DNA of 61,038 nt, counting the filler, from Thelocarpon superellum (lineage: Eukaryota): the NCBI GenBank assembly GCA_026025795.1. It is 7 parts of 7 records of this genome, joined end to end, with 100 filler letters (N's around TTAATTAATTAA, not from the genome) between each part and the next. Parts side by side here need not be neighbours in the genome. Positions count along the whole stretch, not along the records: positions 52,485 to 61,038 come from JAPEUG010000596.1; 6 more parts are not named here. One strand, 5' to 3'. The position numbers and the translations under genes were made by a program. Of this stretch, positions 56,076-61,038 are shown one piece after another. The notes below the pieces were generated by a model. It was not told the DNA's origin. It made no database searches and was given only the letters and a program-made list of their open reading frames with translations. Position 1 is the stretch's first letter. Each line of letters begins with the position of its first letter.

Positions 56076-56571
56076 GGAGGGGATTGTTGTGTGCGGTCCC
56101 CCGGGCTCTACCCGACCTTCCGACATGCACGCGAAAGGCCGGGAGTGCCCCACCATGTCCGAGGAGTCGTGCGACCATCCCCCACACAGCCCTGGTGTAT
56201 GTCTACGGAGCATCCCGAGAATGAACACATTGTGCATTTCAGATGTAGATTCCACCATGAAGAGAACAGACATCGTCGGGCCGTTATTTTCTGCTACATG
56301 CCTGCTGCTCAAAGTCCGACGGCTCTGGGTTGAATCGACCTGCCTAATAGCCGGGCGAGGGCCCATCGCTCGGCTATCAGTGGGGTGTTAAGCTGGGTTT
56401 GGCGGCAGGCAGTGTATGGGAAGCTGGACTTCCACTTAGCGCGCCCGAGCCTGAGTCCCCCGGGAGAGGTGACGAAGCGCCACAGCGCCAGACGACGACG
56501 ATTTGGTTCCAGCACGCGCCAAGGAAGGTCCAACCTCCATCGCACCAAACCGGCCGAAGCTCGTCGCCAGC

Positions 56572-57491
56572 ATGAATGTAAGTCGAGGCTACACTCTATC
56601 TGCGGCCATGACGGCTGACCTGTCTCCCTCCGGTAGATCATCGAGTGGGCGTTTGGACGGTCTTTGACGCCGGCCGAACGGCTACGCAAACACCAGCGTG
56701 CGCTCGAGAAGACACAGCGGGAGCTGGACCGGGAGCGGGTCAAGCTGGAGAACCAGGAGAAGAAGCTGGTGCAGGATATCAAGAAGAGCGCCAAGAATGG
56801 GCAGATTGGGGCCTGTAAAATCCAGGCCAAGGATCTGGTGCGGACGAGAAGGTGGGGGTCATCCTGTCCCATGCATCTTCAGCGGCTTACTGACACCACG
56901 CCGCCCGGCTAGGTATGTACAGAAGTTCTACCAGATGCGCACACAATTACAGGCCATCTCGCTCCGGATTCAGGTTCGTCTCCAATCCCACAGCCGCATG
57001 GCGCGACCGAGACTGTCAGTCCTGACCGATCCCCTGCCATAGACCGTGCGGAGCAACGAGCAGATGATGCAGTCGATGCGAGGGGCCACGTCGCTGCTTG
57101 GGACGATGAATCGGAGCATGAACCTCCCGGCCTTACAACGCATCGCGATGGAGTTCGAGAAAGAGAACGATATTATGGACCAGCGACAAGAAATGATGGA
57201 TGACGCTATTGACGACGTCACTGGGCTGGAAGACGAGGCCGAGGGCGAGGAAGTGGTCAAGGAGGTGCTGGACGAGATCGGCGTCGATCTCGGGCAAGCG
57301 GTACGTCTTTTCTCCCGTAACCGGCGAACATGGCGGACGGCTGATGCAATCCTGCACAGCTCGGCGAGACCCCCAGTGGCATCGAGAAGAATGCTGGCGA
57401 GCAAGGCCGCGTGGCCGAAGCTATCGGTGGTGATGCTGGAGGGGACCCAGGCGACGATGACCTACAAGCTCGGTTGGATAGGCTACGGTGA
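56572..57491 (+). CDS. DID4: ESCRT-III subunit Vps2/Did4 (CHMP2)
   Basis: Micro-exon MN|IIEWAFG...TPAERLRKHQRALEKTQRELDRER...KIQAKDLVRTR|RYVQKFYQMRTQLQAISLRIQ|TVRSNEQMMQSM...|LGETP...DDLQARLDRLR (MIM1 motif). Confidence 0.95.
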
Positions 57492-59047
57492 TAGCTTGGT
57501 GCTACTTCCTATCAGTAGTCGTACCCTCGTACATGATTCGAGACGGCGTTTGGTGGGAGTTGGAACGCGGGGTGTAGATCATCTGCCTGGGCCTCCCCCT
57601 CCATCCACGACAAGCAGACAGGGTCTCTAGTGCTTGTCACCCCAGCGAGACACGTGAGACTCCGTCATCCACGGTGCACTGGTGGACGCGTACTCGTATT
57701 CGTACCAATACGAGTATTCTCGCCCTGACGATACTATACTTAGATGGTGATGTGAGATAATTGATGGTCCAAGGGCCTCTCGGTCGTGGTAGAGGGAATC
57801 TGCTGCTTACTTCCGGCTGTCATTGCTACGCCTTTACTGGAGCGGCCCCGCCCGCCTCTCGCTGGATAACCGAAAGATTGCGGAGGTGATCTAGGCGAAG
57901 CGCGCAACTTGGATGAAGTTGACCATGATCTTGACCCATACCTCCACGACTATCACCAGACTGGCTAGGCAGATGTGTGGAAACGTGAGTTCGCGGCCAG
58001 TGGCACAACCAGCGTCGCTCGTCTTGTATTCCGCATCGTAGTTAGGGGTTGTGAATGCTGACCCACTAAAGGCACCAAGTGCCCACCTAGCTCCATAACC
58101 GTAATTCTTGTTAGGCACCGACCCGTGGTGCTAGAAGACCTGCGAGCCAGACTGCCATACTTGTGGCCCTCGACCGCGCTGCCCAGTTACAGGCAAGCTG
58201 CACCGGCCAGCTGCAGCGTCGCCCATCACTCCTCTTTCAACCATCGCTCGTCACTCGTCCCGCCGCGGTCTGACCGCAAAGTGGGTAGTGGAACCAACGT
58301 TAGATCCACCCGCAAGTCGGCCCCCAGCCATCAAGCAACACCATCGCCACCACTCCTGCCTGCCTGCCATCATCCGCCCTCGCACGTTGTCTGCGCCGCC
58401 GAGCCCCATTTTACCGCGCCAGGTATCTCACGGAGTAGTCCCTTCTTCCGCGCCCGCGCGCTTCCGCAACGATTGCTAGGTCCAGCCGCTGTGAAACGTG
58501 CGCCGATCAGGCATGAAACACCCATGGCGATAGCCGCTCCTTCCTGGTTCCTGGCTCCTGTCACTGACGCATCCTAGGCCCAACAACGTCCAGGCGCCCC
58601 CTCTCGAGTTGTGGTTACCCATCACCGCCAGCTTGCAACGTCCGTGTGACGCCCTACGATACCCGCGATTGAATACCCTTGCAAGAACCTCCTCCGTCCA
58701 GCCCTCTTCGCCTTGCCCGTGGGACGTGCTACGCCCCTGGCTGTCAGTTCGACCCGCTGAACCCCTTCCCCTGATTCGTTCAGCATTCCTTTGTCTTCTG
58801 TACGTCTCTTTCCATCGCGCCCCGCCCAATTACCTCCCCCGGGTCTGACCGCGGTTTCGGCCAGACTGTGCAGCGTGACGTGCGACCCCCACGCCATCCG
58901 CTCTGGCCTCTCGATACCTCCAGTTCCTCCATCCACCACCCTCCGGATTCACCTTCGGTTTCCGTTGGGACAAGGATCATACCGGTAGTCAAGCTGGCAG
59001 GAGGCAAGCGCCGAAGCCTCTCCGGCCAAGGAGGATTGCTGAATAGA

Positions 59048-60871
59048 ATGTTCGGCAACTCCCCTAGCCCCACCAAAGATGCCGAGAGCGGCGGCGTTGC
59101 CAACAACGCCGCTCACCCGGACAAGCCCAGCGTCGACGTACGTGCCGCCATCGAAGGCATGGGACCTTCGCCGCAAGAGACGAGCGGCGGCGAGAAACGG
59201 GCCGAGAAGGGTGAGAACGCATCTGGTCCGCGCCCGGCCGATGAGGGTCTTCCGGGAGGCGACAAGAAGCGACGCAGCGGCAAGGCCAGCTCGCTGCTCG
59301 CCAGCGCCAAGAATTCATTGCACTTCAGCGGCTCCTCCCATCACTCGTCGACGGACGCACAGCAAAGCCAGAGCCCGCTGCAGAAGCTGGGCAAGAAGGA
59401 CCCCGCCCTGGCCGTACCCCAAGGCCCGCAGAACAACTCTGCTGGCGAGTCGTTACCCGGCGCGCGTTCCACGTTTCGCGTGGGCGTGACGGAGGACAAG
59501 AACAAGAAGTGTCGGCGGACGATGGAGGATACACATTCCTACTTATACAACTTCCTGAGCACGCCCGCGCCGCAGCTGAACGAGGCGGCCGACGACACGC
59601 CTTCTTCGGAATCGAACACGAGCCTTGCATCGACCTCGAAAGTGGTGGAGACGGACAATGGCTACTTTGCCGTGTTCGACGGCCACGCCGGCACTTTCGC
59701 GGCCGACTGGTGTGGCAAGAAGCTCCATCTCATCCTGGAAGAAGCGATCCGCAAGAACCCCAACACGCCGATCCCCGAACTCCTCGACCAGACCTTCACC
59801 AATGTCGACCAACAGCTGGACAAGCTTCCCCTCAAGAACAGCGGCTGCACCGCCGTCATCGCCGTGCTCCGATGGGAGGATCGGATACCCAACAGACACT
59901 CGGCAACGGGGTCGACGGCCATTGCCCCGGCCACCGTGGCCGCCGTCAAGGCCGCGTCCGAGGAGCGACGACCCACGTCGCAGCTGAACCCCGATCTTGC
60001 CATCCCTCCGCCCTCGGCGAAATCAACCACGCAGAGCATGCTACTGGAGGTTGCCGCCCGCCAACGAGTGCTGTACACGGCCAACGTCGGCGACGCGCGC
60101 ATCATCCTCTGCCGGCATGGCAAAGCCCTACGGCTCTCCTATGACCACAAAGGCAGCGACGATAACGAGGGAAAACGGGTCGCCAATGCCGGCGGCCTGA
60201 TCCTGAACAACCGCGTCAACGGTGTGCTAGCCGTCACTCGCGCGTTGGGAGACGCCTACATGAAGGACCTGGTGACGGGGCATCCCTACACGACCGAAAC
60301 CGTGATCCAACCCGACATTGACGAGTTCATCATCCTAGCCTGCGACGGCGTAAGCTTCCTCTCTGCCTTTTTGTCTTTTCCACCCCACTGACGATGATGA
60401 CAGCTGTGGGACGTATGTTCGGACCAAGAAGCCGTTGACCTCGTGCGGCACGTGCAAGACCCGCAATTGGCGTCGAAGATGCTAGTAGACCACGCGCTGG
60501 CGCGCTTCAGCACCGATAACCTATCATGCATGATTGTGCGATTCGACAACAAAGCGGTCCAGAACACGGTGGAGCGAAGAAGCGAGCCGATTGGCGTCGA
60601 AGGCGACCCGGCGACAAAGAAGGGCGGCATATCCGAGACGGAAGCCATCGTGCTCGACGCGAAACAAAAGGCCGGCCAAACCGACGGCAGTGGCGGCGGT
60701 GCAGATGCCGGCGAAGCAGCCGAGGACGCCACCGCAGACGAAATCATCAACAAAGTGACTGGAGAAAGGGCGGGCGAGCCAGGACCGGAACTGGCGGAAC
60801 CACCACCAGCTTTCACGAGCGAGGGCGAAGCTACAGCCGACGAGATCAAGAAAGCAAAGGATTCAGAATGA
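59048..60871 (+). CDS. PTC1: Protein phosphatase 2C, Ptc1-type
   Basis: [84 protein letters not shown]; intron ~60349-60403. Confidence 0.95.
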
Positions 60872-61038
60872 GACGAAGACGAGATGCAGAAGAATGCAGA
60901 CGAGCCGAATCATGGAATGTATCGAGATTTGACGGGCGATTCCATAGGGGACCATGTGAGATCCAGAGACACCGCGCGCCATCTGCTCCCCAAGGTTGGT
61001 AGCTGGTTTGGTCGGACGATTGAGCCGACGATGGACAA

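Noticed and set aside
57891..58118. 75-aa minus-strand ORF with a hydrophobic tail
   Set aside because: It has no ATG start, no recognisable motif and no splice support.

Overview
GC-rich, intron-containing nuclear DNA from a filamentous ascomycete (Pezizomycotina-type genes with short GT-AG introns). The window is not one locus. It is seven separate contigs of 8701, 8690, 8674, 8615, 8607, 8597 and 8554 nt (strictly decreasing), joined by identical artificial 100-nt linkers (N44-TTAATTAATTAA-N44), so gene neighbourhoods across the gaps mean nothing. Recognisable genes: meiotic RNA-binding Rim4 homologue, meiotic helicase Mer3/HFM1, UDP-galactose transporter, PABA synthase (Abz1), glutamate-cysteine ligase modifier subunit, a Bug1/GM130-like golgin, Nop16, ZIP7/Yke4 zinc transporter, Arp6, a DHX30-like DEAH helicase, cytochrome c heme lyase (partial), UGGT (partial), cytosolic ThrRS, Vps2/Did4 and PP2C Ptc1. 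There are also several hypothetical proteins and two Cys-rich secreted proteins. The most unusual structure is a ~390-nt nested foldback/direct-repeat element (24083-24474) upstream of ABZ1. Between inverted repeats it carries a 34/35-nt inverted copy of the ABZ1 5' leader. ABZ1 also has a strong out-of-frame upstream AUG and an unexplained ~125-aa C-terminal extension. No tRNA, rRNA, CRISPR array or intact transposase was seen. All homology calls come from motif recognition by eye, not from database searches.
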